Sequence record: NZ_CP148139.1
DNA length: 64,000 bases
DNA from: a plasmid
Direction: 5' to 3' (one strand)
The notes under the pieces were generated by a model. The model was given only the letters and a program-made list of their open reading frames with translations, was not told where the DNA came from and made no database searches. The position numbers were made by a program, and so were the translations under genes. How positions within the stretch are numbered: the stretch's first letter is position 1; each line of letters opens with the position of its first letter. Below are positions 48,739-60,726 of this stretch, piece by piece.

Positions 48739-50004
48739 TTATCGCATAAACGCCGCGGGAATATCCTTCCACTGCGTGGTGTAGGCCGGGGACAACATTT
48801 CACGGCGCATGGCATATTCCGGATCAATACCTTCTCCGGCGAAGAAGATCCTTGACCTTCCTTCCCTGTTTATTTTGTCGATGGTGGCCATCAGTTTTTC
48901 GCTGCCCGGCCGCACAGCAGCCGGCGAAAACAGATCCAGCTGGGTTTCATATCCCTGCAGATCGCTGAGCATCACGCCGGCTTTTGCATACCGCACGCCC
49001 TCACGCCAGATACGCGACAGTCCCAGCTGCGCCGCGGCGATGATGTCGCGGGTATCCTGGCTTGGCACGGGAAGCACTTCCGTAGCCTGGTTACTGTAGG
49101 GCACACCGCCGGCGTCATAAGCACTGCTGCGGATAAAGACCGTTACCACCTTCGCCAGACGGTTTTCCTGGCGCAACTTTTCTCCTGCCCGTGTGGCATA
49201 TTTAGTCACCGCCTGCTGCATCTGCGCCAGTTGCGTGACCCGCGATCCAAACGAACGGGATACAACAAGCTGCTGTTTCGCGCCGGTACCTTCTTCCAGG
49301 GCAAAGCAGGCCTCGCCACGCAGCTCACGGATGGTGCGTTCCAGCGTCACACCGTACAGCCGGCGTGCCAGTCGGATATCCATCTCTGCGAGCGCCAGCG
49401 CCGTTTTGATCCCCATTGTCGCCAGCCCTTTTTCGGTACGATGGCCAACCCCCCACACATCGCCGGCCGACACCAGGCTCATCAGCCTTTTCAGTCTTAC
49501 AGGATCACTGAGCGCCACAACCCCCCCGGTGGCAGGCCACGTCTTCGCGGCGTGGTTGCACAGTTTGGCCAGCGTCTTCGTTGGCGCGACGCCGACTCCA
49601 CAGGTGAGCGTTGTCTGGCGCAGCACTTCAGCCCGCAAAAGCTGGCCAAACGCCTGCGGCGTCATCACTCCCTCCATATGAGAGGCATCCGCAAAGAGCT
49701 CATCAATTGAGTAAACAAATGTCCGCGGCGCCAGACTCTCCACCACGGTTGCAAATCTGGCGGAGAATGAGGCGTAAAGGGTGTAGTTGGAACTGAATAC
49801 GGCAACGTTATGCTGTTCCAGCAGGCGGCGGCAGCGGAAATAGGGCTCCCCGCGGCGCACGCCAAGCGCTTTCGCCGCGCGATTGACCGCAACAAGCGCC
49901 CCGTCGTTGTTGCTGAGAACGACCACAGGGCGACCTCGTAAATCAGGGCGGAACGCTTCTTCGCAGCTGCAGTACATCGAATTGACATCGATTAAGGCGT
50001 ACAC
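48739..50004 (-). CDS. mucB: Y-family error-prone DNA polymerase subunit (MucB/UmuC-like)
   Basis: [22 protein letters not shown]...SNNDG...; a GTG start analogous to MFALIDVN of MucB is proposed; the ORF track start 50043 lies inside mucA. Confidence 0.85.
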   Translation of the reverse strand: MYALIDVNSMYCSCEEAFRPDLRGRPVVVLSNNDGALVAVNRAAKALGVRRGEPYFRCRRLLEQHNVAVFSSNYTLYASFSARFATVVESLAPRTFVYSIDELFADASHMEGVMTPQAFGQLLRAEVLRQTTLTCGVGVAPTKTLAKLCNHAAKTWPATGGVVALSDPVRLKRLMSLVSAGDVWGVGHRTEKGLATMGIKTALALAEMDIRLARRLYGVTLERTIRELRGEACFALEEGTGAKQQLVVSRSFGSRVTQLAQMQQAVTKYATRAGEKLRQENRLAKVVTVFIRSSAYDAGGVPYSNQATEVLPVPSQDTRDIIAAAQLGLSRIWREGVRYAKAGVMLSDLQGYETQLDLFSPAAVRPGSEKLMATIDKINREGRSRIFFAGEGIDPEYAMRREMLSPAYTTQWKDIPAAFMR

Positions 50005-50426
50005 GGGCGGTGTCTCATGACAGTGAACGTAACCACACCCCATATCTGCAGCGCCTCCGGATCAAACCTGATTGGCGGAAAAGCCGGATTCAGCGGCATC
50101 AGGCAGGGGTAAGGGCGGAGCTGCAGCTGCTTGACCGTAAATTCATTATCGATGCTGGCAATCACGATGCTGCCGTGCCGGGGCTCTTCTGCCCGATCGA
50201 CGACCAGCACATCGCCATCATGAATGCGGGCATCACGCATAGAATCGCCGGACACACGCAAGAAGTACGTTGCGGCCGGACGCCGCACGCAGTAATCATG
50301 CAGGTTAAGTTCATTGGCCTCATAGCCTGCGGCCGGGCTGGGAAAGCCGGCCGCAACGGGCTCGGCAAAAAAAGGGAGTGCGTCACCTTCCACTGAAGGC
50401 CGGGGATAAACGAGATCCAGCGCCAT
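49992..50426 (-). CDS. mucA: MucA/UmuD-like S24 peptidase (LexA-like autocleaving)
   Basis: 144 aa; [24 protein letters not shown]...NEFTVKQL. Confidence 0.85.
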   Translation of the reverse strand: MALDLVYPRPSVEGDALPFFAEPVAAGFPSPAAGYEANELNLHDYCVRRPAATYFLRVSGDSMRDARIHDGDVLVVDRAEEPRHGSIVIASIDNEFTVKQLQLRPYPCLMPLNPAFPPIRFDPEALQIWGVVTFTVMRHRPCTP

Positions 50427-50518
50427 AATTTAGCCTCCAATAACTGTTTATACATACAGTATATTGCAGGCTTCAGGAAACAGGCAATGCCGGCATATTT
50501 CATGCCGGCACGCTGGGG

Positions 50519-50851
50519 TCAGGTCAGGATGGTGGCCAGACGGCCAAGAACGTCGTCCATGATAGTCTCTGGCACCCGTTCGAGTCGTTTGCCGCCGCGG
50601 GCTTTCATATCGATCGTCCGGGGTTGATCGCAACGCACAACGCCGGTGGTACGTATGCCGGCGCCGTCAAGCGACACAGCAAAGCCTGCTGTGCGGGCAA
50701 AATTGCCTCCGCTGGTCACGGGCACAACAACAGGCAGGCGGGTCACGCGGTTAAAAGCAGCCGGCGTGACAATCAGTACCGGCCGCGTTCCCTGCTGCTC
50801 ATGACCTGCGGTAGGGTCAAGCGAGACAAGCCAGATTTCCCCTCTTTCCAT
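50519..50851 (-). CDS. pemK: PemK/Kid toxin (MazF family)
   Basis: MERGEIWLVSLDPTAGHEQQGTRPVLIVTPAAFNRVTRLPVVVPVTSGGNFARTAGF... (110 aa). Confidence 0.9.
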   Translation of the reverse strand: MERGEIWLVSLDPTAGHEQQGTRPVLIVTPAAFNRVTRLPVVVPVTSGGNFARTAGFAVSLDGAGIRTTGVVRCDQPRTIDMKARGGKRLERVPETIMDDVLGRLATILT

Positions 50852-50852
50852 G

Positions 50853-51110
50853 TCAGATTTCCTCCTGACCAGCCGCCGGCGCATCCAGCCATTCACGTTC
50901 TTCTGCCGAGATTTCAGCGTTCGGATCGCACTGTGCCAACAGCTCAGCCAGTGAATACTGCGGGCGTCTGTGCGGCTCCACAATCAGCCGGCCATTATCA
51001 ATGACCATGCCAACTTCATTATCTGTACCCAGCGACAGCGCATTCAGCAGTGCCGGTGGGACGGTCAGCATGACTGAGCCGCCAACCTTCTTCAGTCGAG
51101 TGGTATGCAT
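50853..51110 (-). CDS. pemI: PemI/Kis antitoxin
   Basis: MHTTRLKKVGGSVMLTVPPALLNALSLGTDNEVGMVIDNGRLIVEP... Confidence 0.9.
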   Translation of the reverse strand: MHTTRLKKVGGSVMLTVPPALLNALSLGTDNEVGMVIDNGRLIVEPHRRPQYSLAELLAQCDPNAEISAEEREWLDAPAAGQEEI

Positions 51111-51201
51111 TTTTCACCTCCATAAAAGTTATATTTAAATATAACATTCACAAAAAAACATACCAGCCTTTAACGCACAATATTTAATAAAAATATAACT
51201 T

Positions 51202-51427
51202 TCAGCCCAACAGTAAACCCAGCGCGGTAGCTTCCATATGCAGCAATACCGGCAGCAGCAGGCCGCCACTTCTGATCCGGGCAGCTGATGTAATCAGCCC
51301 CACCAGGAACATTTCTGCCAGGGTCAGCAGGTTCTGATACTGCATATGCACGGCGGCAAACAGCAAAGACGTTATCAGCGCGCCCAGCCACATCGTCCAG
51401 TTGTACCTCGAACGGAAGACGTTCAGC
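51202..51427 (-). pseudogene. 3' fragment of a CPBP (CAAX/Abi) intramembrane protease-family gene truncated by IS1999; may be the tir remnant of pOXA-48-like plasmids
   Basis: LFAAVHMQY...LVGLITSAARIRSGGLLLPVLLHMEATA; abuts the IS1999 end at 51428. Confidence 0.4.
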
Positions 51428-52755
51428 ACTGAAGGATCCCCTCATAAATCAGCCATAGCATAGCCATATTTGAGCAACTGATTGGCGAATAATACCCAGG
51501 CCGCCAGCAATTCTTTCTCCGTGATTTGATAATCAGGCCGCCTGAGTACCTCCAATCCCAAGCGAATCGTTGAGAGTACCGTTCGATGCCCAATGGTATT
51601 GGCCTGAAAATGCTTATCCCAGCCCTGTTGCTGTGCGTGTAAACCAACTAGCCACAACAGGCATTGAACCATCAACGCTATCAGTAGGATGATGTCGAAT
51701 CGCTCTGGACTGTTGGTACGACTTTGGCGTAAGCCAAAGCCGTATGCCGGGCTTTTGAGGTCACGAAAGGTTTCCTCTATTTGCATACGTTTGGCGTACA
51801 GGTTTACCAGCTGCTTTGGGCTCCGAGATTCTGGTGGTAAATTGCTGGCTAACACCCAAGGCTCTTTCGCCGATGTTGAGTACGTTTTTGCCGATGGATG
51901 GTGGCAATTAGTCCTCGTTGAACGCTGATTTGTACGCCCCTTAGGTTTGCTACGATAAAGCGTGAGATGGCAATTGATAGGGTTAGTTTTGGTCAAAGTC
52001 TTACAACCCAGGCTCTTCGCTTGACCGTTGGCCAAGTCATGTGTACTTCGAACTGCACGCCAATTTTCAGCGCCAATATCTGCAAATTGAACTGTACCGC
52101 GAATACGGCTTAGCCAAAACCAACCATGCGCCTCAACCTCTTTGTACCAAGGCACTTTGAACCCCGCGTCAGTCACGATGAGAGGGGTAACATGCAAAGG
52201 TAAAATCTTGGCTAAGTCCGCTAAAAAACCGTTGTGGGAGGCCTTAGAGCATTGTTCTGATAGGGGATAGGACTTCTCATACAGGGTAATAGAGCGGCCA
52301 TTGAAGGCTATTGAGGCGCGCAGAGCCATGATGCGTTTATGCTCTCGGATGTCTGACCAATCGACGAGCACAATCGGCATAGGGTTACCAGAACAGATGA
52401 GGCTGGCATGCCATTGGTAGACAGCTAACCGTTCTTGATGCAGATGCGTGTTGCCGAGCAAACGATCAATGCGCTTGATGTTGTGCTTGGTTCGGGCCGT
52501 GGTTGGTAAATTTCGACCTAACTCAGTCAAGGTCAGTGTCTTACATTCAATCAGCGCCTTAGAGGCCAGCATCAAGCTGTTTAATCGTTTTAGGTGAAGT
52601 TCTGGGCAGTATTGGTGTAAAGAATGTTGTAGGATATTGGCTTCGCGCATCTTGTTGTCCAAGTGTAGTTTTTGGCGAAACCATTTGATCATGCAACAAG
52701 ATGCGCTTCCACCCTAATTTGATGATTTATTTGTAAATCATCAGGGGATTCTTCA
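51428..52755 (-). mobile_element. IS1999 (IS4 family, IS10-like), 1,328 bp, Tn1999 copy downstream of lysR
   Basis: Terminal IRs CTGAAG(G/A)ATCCCCT...; transposase about 70-80% like the IS10 Tnp as recalled. Confidence 0.8.
51442..52650 (-). CDS. tnpA: IS1999 transposase (IS4 family)
   Basis: MREANILQHSLHQYCPELHLKRLNSLMLASKALIECKTLTLTELGRNLP... (402 aa from the internal start). Confidence 0.85.
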   Translation of the reverse strand: MREANILQHSLHQYCPELHLKRLNSLMLASKALIECKTLTLTELGRNLPTTARTKHNIKRIDRLLGNTHLHQERLAVYQWHASLICSGNPMPIVLVDWSDIREHKRIMALRASIAFNGRSITLYEKSYPLSEQCSKASHNGFLADLAKILPLHVTPLIVTDAGFKVPWYKEVEAHGWFWLSRIRGTVQFADIGAENWRAVRSTHDLANGQAKSLGCKTLTKTNPINCHLTLYRSKPKGRTNQRSTRTNCHHPSAKTYSTSAKEPWVLASNLPPESRSPKQLVNLYAKRMQIEETFRDLKSPAYGFGLRQSRTNSPERFDIILLIALMVQCLLWLVGLHAQQQGWDKHFQANTIGHRTVLSTIRLGLEVLRRPDYQITEKELLAAWVLFANQLLKYGYAMADL

Positions 52756-52952
52756 GTGCTCGGCCTGTAAAAAAAGCGGATCGGGCGTTTGGGCTTGAGT
52801 CATGTGTTTGGGCTGATTATTGCTGGTCATCAAAAGATCCTCTGCTTTAGCCTCTGAAAATTTTTAGCCAATAAATATAACTTTGTTATCCCGCCAAATG
52901 CCATTAAACTGCATAAGACGCTATGTTCCAAATATGAGACAGTGGGAAAAAC

Positions 52953-53864
52953 ATGCCAGATTTAAACGGTATGATGCTATTTGCAGCCGTAGTGAGAGCA
53001 AAGGGATTCTCCCAAGCTGCACGTGAAACCGGCCACCCAAAATCCACCATAAGTCGCAAAATCGCGCAGCTTGAAGAACAACTAGGCGTGCGATTGTTAC
53101 AACGCGACACCCGTAACCTGAGTCTTACCCAAGTCGGGGCACTCTTTTATCAACACTGTGATTCCATTCGCAATGAGGTGGAAGCGGCCAAGGCTGTTAT
53201 CGAGAGTACCCATGATGATGTATCAGGATCATTACGGATAGCCATTCCGGTCTCTTTTAGCCAAGAATTAATTGCTAACCTCTGTAGCGGATTCATGCGT
53301 TTATATCCCAATGTGGAATTAGATGTCCAGTTTACCGACAACGATATAGGTTTGGTGGGTGAAGGATATGACATAGCTATCAAATATGGGCCACTGCAAT
53401 CCTCTGATCTTGTTGCAAGATTACTGTTCGAGCGTCAACCAATTCTGGTAGCAAGCCCTGGCTATTTAAAAGCACGCGGCACCCCCGCAACACCTAAGGA
53501 GCTGAGCGATCATAGTGGTATTCTGCTAGGAACATCCCGCTCAGCACCCATATGGCCCTTAGGCAAAGGTGCTCGCAAAACCATGGTAAACTTTCAGCGT
53601 AAAGTCAGGGTCAATAGCCCGATTATGGTTAAGCAGTTAGCCCTCGATGACTTTGGGATTGCAATGCTATCAAACTCCGCCTGCAAAACCGAACTCGCCA
53701 ACGGCCAGCTAGTGCCAATCTTACAGGAATGGCCGATTGAACCCTTTAAGGTCTACGGGGTGTATTCGAGCCGCAGACAATTAGCCACCAATATCAGCGC
53801 CTTCTTGGACTTTTTCGTCAAACGCTTTAGCAGCCAAGAAAGCCTACAATCCTTGATGGGCTAG
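52953..53864 (+). CDS. lysR: LysR-family transcriptional regulator (Tn1999 lysR)
   Basis: 303 aa; N-terminal HTH MPDLNGMMLFAAVVRAKGFSQAARETGHPKSTISRKIAQLEE. Confidence 0.85.
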   Translation: MPDLNGMMLFAAVVRAKGFSQAARETGHPKSTISRKIAQLEEQLGVRLLQRDTRNLSLTQVGALFYQHCDSIRNEVEAAKAVIESTHDDVSGSLRIAIPVSFSQELIANLCSGFMRLYPNVELDVQFTDNDIGLVGEGYDIAIKYGPLQSSDLVARLLFERQPILVASPGYLKARGTPATPKELSDHSGILLGTSRSAPIWPLGKGARKTMVNFQRKVRVNSPIMVKQLALDDFGIAMLSNSACKTELANGQLVPILQEWPIEPFKVYGVYSSRRQLATNISAFLDFFVKRFSSQESLQSLMG

Positions 53865-54165
53865 GCACTTTATCGCAGCGGCATTCACCTTTACTGACAT
53901 CGCCATTCCTTTATACACATCCCAATGTTGAGTGACCATGACCATTTAGATAACAAAAAAGCCTAGCAAATTGGCTAGGCTTTTTACGTTGAGGAATGTG
54001 ATGCTAATGCTCAGGCTAAAAGTTAACGCGCGGAGCTTAAGTCGATTAGGCCTAACCGATTAAGTATGAGCCATTAACTACAAGCGCATCGAGCATCAGC
54101 ATTTTGTCCATATATCTTTACAGCTTATATGACGGCTATTTCACACAAATACGCGCTAACCACTT

Positions 54166-54963
54166 CTAGGGAATAATTTTTTCCTGTTTGAGCACTTCTT
54201 TTGTGATGGCTTGGCGCAGCCCTAAACCATCCGATGTGGGCATATCCATATTCATCGCAAAAAACCACACATTATCATCAAGTTCAACCCAACCGACCCA
54301 CCAGCCAATCTTAGGTTCGATTCTAGTCGAGTATCCAGTTTTAGCCCGAATAATATAGTCACCATTGGCTTCGGTCAGCATGGCTTGTTTGACAATACGC
54401 TGGCTGCGCTCCGATACGTGTAACTTATTGTGATACAGCTTTCTTAAAAAGCTGATTTGCTCCGTGGCCGAAATTCGAATACCACCGTCGAGCCAGAAAC
54501 TGTCTACATTGCCCGAAATGTCCTCATTACCATAATCGAAAGCATGTAGCATCTTGCTCATACGTGCCTCGCCAATTTGGCGGGCAAATTCTTGATAAAC
54601 AGGCACAACTGAATATTTCATCGCGGTGATTAGATTATGATCGCGATTCCAAGTGGCGATATCGCGCGTCTGTCCATCCCACTTAAAGACTTGGTGTTCA
54701 TCCTTAACCACGCCCAAATCGAGGGCGATCAAGCTATTGGGAATTTTAAAGGTAGATGCGGGTAAAAATGCTTGGTTCGCCCGTTTAAGATTATTGGTAA
54801 ATCCTTGCTGCTTATTCTCATTCCAGAGCACAACTACGCCCTGTGATTTATGTTCAGTAAAGTGAGCATTCCAACTTTTGTTTTCTTGCCATTCCTTTGC
54901 TACCGCAGGCATTCCGATAATCGATGCCACCAAAAACACAGCCGATAAGGCTAATACACGCAT
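54166..54963 (-). CDS. blaOXA-48: Class D carbapenemase OXA-48 (OXA-48-like; residues T104, N110, E168, S171, T213, R214 all as in OXA-48)
   Basis: 265 aa MRVLALSAVFLVASIIGMPAVAKEWQENKSWNAHFTEHKSQGVVVLWNENKQQGFTNNLKRANQAFLPASTFKIPNSLIALDLGVVKDEHQVFKWDGQTRDIATWNRDHNL...YSTRIEPKIGWWVGWVEL... Confidence 0.95.
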   Translation of the reverse strand: MRVLALSAVFLVASIIGMPAVAKEWQENKSWNAHFTEHKSQGVVVLWNENKQQGFTNNLKRANQAFLPASTFKIPNSLIALDLGVVKDEHQVFKWDGQTRDIATWNRDHNLITAMKYSVVPVYQEFARQIGEARMSKMLHAFDYGNEDISGNVDSFWLDGGIRISATEQISFLRKLYHNKLHVSERSQRIVKQAMLTEANGDYIIRAKTGYSTRIEPKIGWWVGWVELDDNVWFFAMNMDMPTSDGLGLRQAITKEVLKQEKIIP

Positions 54964-54989
54964 AACGTCCCCTTGCTTAATGCAATATA

Positions 54990-55127
54990 CTGAAGAATCC
55001 CCTGATGATTTACAAATAAATCATCAAATTAGGGTGGAAGCGCATCTTGTTGCATGATCAAATGGTTTCGCCAAAAACTACACTTGGACAACAAGATGCG
55101 CGAAGCCAATATCCTACAACATTCTTG
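54990..55127 (+). mobile_element. IS1999 remnant (138 bp of the left end, inverted relative to the complete copy), 26 bp upstream of blaOXA-48, truncated by IS1
   Basis: Reverse complement of 52618-52755. Confidence 0.85.
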
Positions 55128-55181
55128 GTGATGCTGCCAACTTACTGATTTAGTGTATGATGGTGTTTTTGAGGTGCTCCA

Positions 55182-55457
55182 GTGGCTTCTGTTTCTATCA
55201 GCTGTCCCTCCTGTTCAGCTACTGACGGGGTGGTGCGTAACGGCAAAAGCACCGCCGGACATCAGCGCTATCTCTGCTCTCACTGCCGTAAAACATGGCA
55301 ACTGCAGTTCACTTACACCGCTTCTCAACCCGGTACGCACCAGAAAATCATTGATATGGCCATGAATGGCGTTGGATGCCGGGCAACCGCCCGCATTATG
55401 GGCGTTGGCCTCAACACGATTTTCCGCCATTTAAAAAACTCAGGCCGCAGTCGGTAA
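55182..55457 (+). CDS. insA: IS1 InsA
   Basis: [40 protein letters not shown]. Confidence 0.9.
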   Translation: MASVSISCPSCSATDGVVRNGKSTAGHQRYLCSHCRKTWQLQFTYTASQPGTHQKIIDMAMNGVGCRATARIMGVGLNTIFRHLKNSGRSR

Positions 55458-55879
55458 CCTCGCGCATACAGCCGGGCAGTGACGTCATCGTCTGCGCGGA
55501 AATGGACGAACAGTGGGGATACGTCGGGGCTAAATCGCGCCAGCGCTGGCTGTTTTACGCGTATGACAGGCTCCGGAAGACGGTTGTTGCGCACGTATTC
55601 GGTGAACGCACTATGGCGACGCTGGGGCGTCTTATGAGCCTGCTGTCACCCTTTGACGTGGTGATATGGATGACGGATGGCTGGCCGCTGTATGAATCCC
55701 GCCTGAAGGGAAAGCTGCACGTAATCAGCAAGCGATATACGCAGCGAATTGAGCGGCATAACCTGAATCTGAGGCAGCACCTGGCACGGCTGGGACGGAA
55801 GTCGCTGTCGTTCTCAAAATCGGTGGAGCTGCATGACAAAGTCATCGGGCATTATCTGAACATAAAACACTATCAATAA
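55376..55879 (+). CDS. insB: IS1 InsB (expressed as the InsAB' fusion by -1 frameshift)
   Basis: ...[47 protein letters not shown]... Confidence 0.9.
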   Translation: MPGNRPHYGRWPQHDFPPFKKLRPQSVTSRIQPGSDVIVCAEMDEQWGYVGAKSRQRWLFYAYDRLRKTVVAHVFGERTMATLGRLMSLLSPFDVVIWMTDGWPLYESRLKGKLHVISKRYTQRIERHNLNLRQHLARLGRKSLSFSKSVELHDKVIGHYLNIKHYQ

Positions 55880-55952
55880 GTTGGAGTCATTACCCCCCGG
55901 ACGAGTGGGAATCCATGGTAGGGATTTTTACCGAAATGGAAGAACACTATTA

Positions 55953-55990
55953 GGGGGCACCTCAGAAAACGGAAAATAAAGCACGCTAAG
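55953..55990. repeat. Tn21-family 38-bp terminal inverted repeat at the mer end (IRmer)
   Basis: GGGGGCACCTCAGAAAACGGAAAATAAAGCACGCTAAG. Confidence 0.85.
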
Positions 55991-56420
55991 GCATAGCTGA
56001 CCTTGCCAGGCCTGCTTCGCCCTGTAGTGACGCGATCAACGGGCAGGAAACATTCCCCTTTCGTGCATGGCAGGCGCACACGAGTTCAGACAGCACGGTT
56101 TCCATGCGCGCCAAGTCGGCCATCTTCTCGCGCACGTCCTTGAGCTTGTGTTCGGCCAGGCTGCTGGCCTCCTCGCAGTGGGTGCCATCGTCGAGCCGCA
56201 ACAGCTCGGCAATCTCGTCCAGACTGAACCCCAGCCGCTGTGCCGATTTCACGAATTTCACCCGAACCACGTCCGCCTCCCCATAGCGGCGGATGCTGCC
56301 GTAAGGCTTGTCCGGTTCCCGCAACAGGCCCTTGCGCTGATAGAAGCGGATTGTCTCCACGTTGACCCCGGCCGCCTTGGCAAAAACGCCAATGGTCAGG
56401 TTTTCCAAATTATTTTCCAT
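55986..56420 (-). CDS. merR: MerR mercuric-resistance regulator
   Basis: 144 aa [33 protein letters not shown]... Confidence 0.9.
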
Positions 56421-56491
56421 ATCGCTTGACTCCGTACATGAGTACGGAAGTAAGGTTACGCTATCCAATCCAAATTCAAAAGGGCCAACGT

Positions 56492-56842
56492 ATGTCTGAA
56501 CCACAAAACGGGCGCGGTGCGCTCTTCGCCGGCGGGCTGGCCGCCATTCTTGCATCGACCTGCTGCCTGGGGCCGCTAGTACTGGTCGCCCTGGGCTTCT
56601 CCGGTGCTTGGATCGGCAACCTGACGGTGCTGGAACCCTATCGACCGTTGTTCATCGGCGCGGCGCTAGTGGCGCTGTTCTTCGCCTGGAAGCGGATTTA
56701 CCGGCCCGTGCAGGCATGCAAGCCAGGTGAGGTCTGCGCGATTCCGCAGGTGCGCGCCACCTACAAGCTGATTTTCTGGATCGTGGCCGTGCTGGTCCTG
56801 GTCGCGCTTGGATTTCCCTATGTCGTTCCATTTTTCTATTAA
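56492..56842 (+). CDS. merT: MerT mercuric transport protein
   Basis: [40 protein letters not shown]... Confidence 0.9.
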
Positions 56843-56855
56843 CCAGGAGTTCATC

Positions 56856-57131
56856 ATGAAGAAACTGTTTGCCTCCCTTGCCCTCGCCGCCGCTGTTGCC
56901 CCGGTGTGGGCCGCTACCCAGACCGTCACGCTAGCGGTTCCCGGCATGACTTGCGCCGCCTGCCCGATCACAGTCAAGAAAGCGCTCTCCAAGGTCGAAG
57001 GCGTGAGCAAGGTCGATGTGGGCTTCGAGAAGCGCGAGGCCGTCGTCACTTTTGACGACACCAAGGCCAGCGTACAGAAGCTGACCAAGGCCACCGCAGA
57101 CGCCGGCTATCCGTCCAGCGTCAAGCAGTGA
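56856..57131 (+). CDS. merP: MerP periplasmic Hg(II)-binding protein
   Basis: MKKLFASLALAAAVAPVWAATQTVTLAVPGMTCAACPITVKKAL. Confidence 0.9.
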   Translation: MKKLFASLALAAAVAPVWAATQTVTLAVPGMTCAACPITVKKALSKVEGVSKVDVGFEKREAVVTFDDTKASVQKLTKATADAGYPSSVKQ

Positions 57132-57166
57132 GCCAGCAAGCCAACGACAACAGCGAGAGCCGCTTC

Positions 57167-57589
57167 ATGGGACTGATGACACGCATTGCCGATAAAACCG
57201 GCGCGCTCGGCAGCGTCGTTTCCGCGATGGGCTGCGCCGCCTGCTTTCCAGCCCTCGCCAGCTTCGGCGCGGCCATCGGGCTGGGCTTCTTGAGCCAGTA
57301 CGAGGGACTGTTCATCAGCCGCCAGCTGCCGCTGTTTGCCGCGCTGGCCTTCCTGGCGAACGCGCTGGGTTGGTTCAGTCATCGGCAATGGCTGCGCAGT
57401 CTGCTCGGCATGATCGGCCCGGCCATCGTGTTTGCGGCCACGGTCTGGCTGCTCGGCAACTGGTGGACGGCGAACCTGATGTACGTCGGCCTGGCCTTGA
57501 TGATTGGGGTGTCGATCTGGGACTTCGTGTCGCCGGCGCATCGCCGTTGCGGACCGGACGGCTGCGAACTCCCCGCCAAGCGCTTGTGA
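57167..57589 (+). CDS. merC: MerC
   Basis: MGLMTRIADKTGALGSVVSAMGCAACFPALASFGAAIGL... Confidence 0.85.
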   Translation: MGLMTRIADKTGALGSVVSAMGCAACFPALASFGAAIGLGFLSQYEGLFISRQLPLFAALAFLANALGWFSHRQWLRSLLGMIGPAIVFAATVWLLGNWWTANLMYVGLALMIGVSIWDFVSPAHRRCGPDGCELPAKRL

Positions 57590-59335
<1,746 letters not shown>

Positions 59336-59352
59336 GGACAAGGAGGTGTGCG

Positions 59353-59715
59353 ATGAGCGCCTACACGGTATCGCAACTGGCCCATAACGCTGGGGTGAGC
59401 GTACATATCGTGCGCGACTACCTGGTGCGCGGCTTGTTACGGCCGGTGGCCTGCACCACGGGCGGCTACGGCGTGTTCGACGATGCGGCCTTGCAACGGC
59501 TGTGCTTCGTGCGCGCGGCCTTCGAGGCGGGTATCGGCCTGGATGCCCTGGCGCGGCTGTGCCGTGCGCTCGACGCAGCGGACGGCGCACAAGCCGCAGC
59601 GCAGCTTGCCGTGCTGCGCCAGTTGGTCGAGCGGCGGCGCGCGGCGTTGGCCCATCTGGACGCGCAACTGGCCTCCATGCCAGCCGAGCGGGCGCACGAG
59701 GAGGCATTGCCGTGA
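59353..59715 (+). CDS. merD: MerD co-regulator
   Basis: [35 protein letters not shown]... Confidence 0.85.
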   Translation: MSAYTVSQLAHNAGVSVHIVRDYLVRGLLRPVACTTGGYGVFDDAALQRLCFVRAAFEAGIGLDALARLCRALDAADGAQAAAQLAVLRQLVERRRAALAHLDAQLASMPAERAHEEALP

Positions 59716-59948
59716 ACGCCCCTGACAAACTGCCGCCCGAGACGCGCCAACCCGTTTCCGGCTACCTGTGGGGTGCGCTGGCCGTGTTGACCTGCCCCTG
59801 CCATCTGCCGATTCTCGCCGCCGTGCTGGCCGGGACGACCGCCGGTGCCTTCCTTGGCGAGCATTGGGGTGTTGCCGCGCTCGCGCTGACCGGCTTGTTC
59901 GTTCTGGCCGTAACGCGGCTGCTGCGCGCCTTCCGGGGCGGATCATGA
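59712..59948 (+). CDS. merE: MerE (GTG start)
   Basis: (V)[48 protein letters not shown]... 78 aa. Confidence 0.8.
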   Translation: MNAPDKLPPETRQPVSGYLWGALAVLTCPCHLPILAAVLAGTTAGAFLGEHWGVAALALTGLFVLAVTRLLRAFRGGS

Positions 59949-60652
59949 CGAGTTCGCAGCCCGCCGGATGGACGGCGGCCGAGTTGGCGCAGGCGGCGGC
60001 GCGCGGACAGCTTGACCTGCATTACCAGCCGCTGGTCGATCTGCGCGATCACCGGATCGCTGGCGCGGAAGCGTTGATGCGCTGGCGGCATCCGAGGCTT
60101 GGCCTGTTGCCGCCCGGCCAGTTCCTGCCGCTGGCCGAGTCGTTCGGCCTGATGCCGGAAATAGGCGCGTGGGTGCTGGGCGAGGCCTGTCGCCAGATGC
60201 ACAAGTGGCAAGGACCGGCATGGCAACCGTTCCGTCTTGCCATCAATGTGTCCGCCAGCCAGGTTGGGCCAACGTTCGACGACGAGGTAAAGCGGGTGCT
60301 GGCCGATATGGCCCTGCCCGCCGAGCTTCTGGAGATCGAACTGACCGAATCGGTCGCATTCGGCAATCCAGCCCTGTTCGCCAGTTTCGACGCCTTGCGC
60401 GCCATCGGCGTGCGCTTCGCCGCCGACGACTTCGGCACCGGCTATTCCTGCCTGCAACATCTGAAATGCTGCCCCATCACCACATTGAAAATCGACCAAT
60501 CCTTTGTCGCCAGGCTCCCGGATGATGCCCGTGACCAAACTATCGTGCGGGCGGTGATCCAGCTCGCGCACGGGCTGGGCATGGATGTCATTTTCAGAAG
60601 ACGACTGCACCAGTTGATTGGGCGTAATGGCTGTTGTGCAGCCAGCTCCTGA
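59945..60652 (+). CDS. urf2: urf2 (EAL-domain protein of Tn21-family mer modules)
   Basis: [50 protein letters not shown]...; the ORF track gives a longer upstream alternative start. Confidence 0.75.
   Translation: MTSSQPAGWTAAELAQAAARGQLDLHYQPLVDLRDHRIAGAEALMRWRHPRLGLLPPGQFLPLAESFGLMPEIGAWVLGEACRQMHKWQGPAWQPFRLAINVSASQVGPTFDDEVKRVLADMALPAELLEIELTESVAFGNPALFASFDALRAIGVRFAADDFGTGYSCLQHLKCCPITTLKIDQSFVARLPDDARDQTIVRAVIQLAHGLGMDVIFRRRLHQLIGRNGCCAASS
60587..60611. repeat. IRt-like 25-bp inverted repeat of a Tn402/In2 tni module
   Basis: TGTCATTTTCAGAAGACGACTGCAC. Confidence 0.7.
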
Positions 60653-60726
60653 CAGTTCAATATCAGAAGTGATCTGCACCAATCTCGACTATGCTCAATA
60701 CTCGTGTGCACCAAAGCGAGGTGAGC

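Larger units (their letters stand above)
55128..55894 (+). mobile_element. IS1 (IS1R-like, 767 bp by my count)
   Basis: IRL GGTGATGCTGCCAACTTACTGAT ... IRR ATCAATAAGTTGGAGTCATTACC. Confidence 0.9.
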
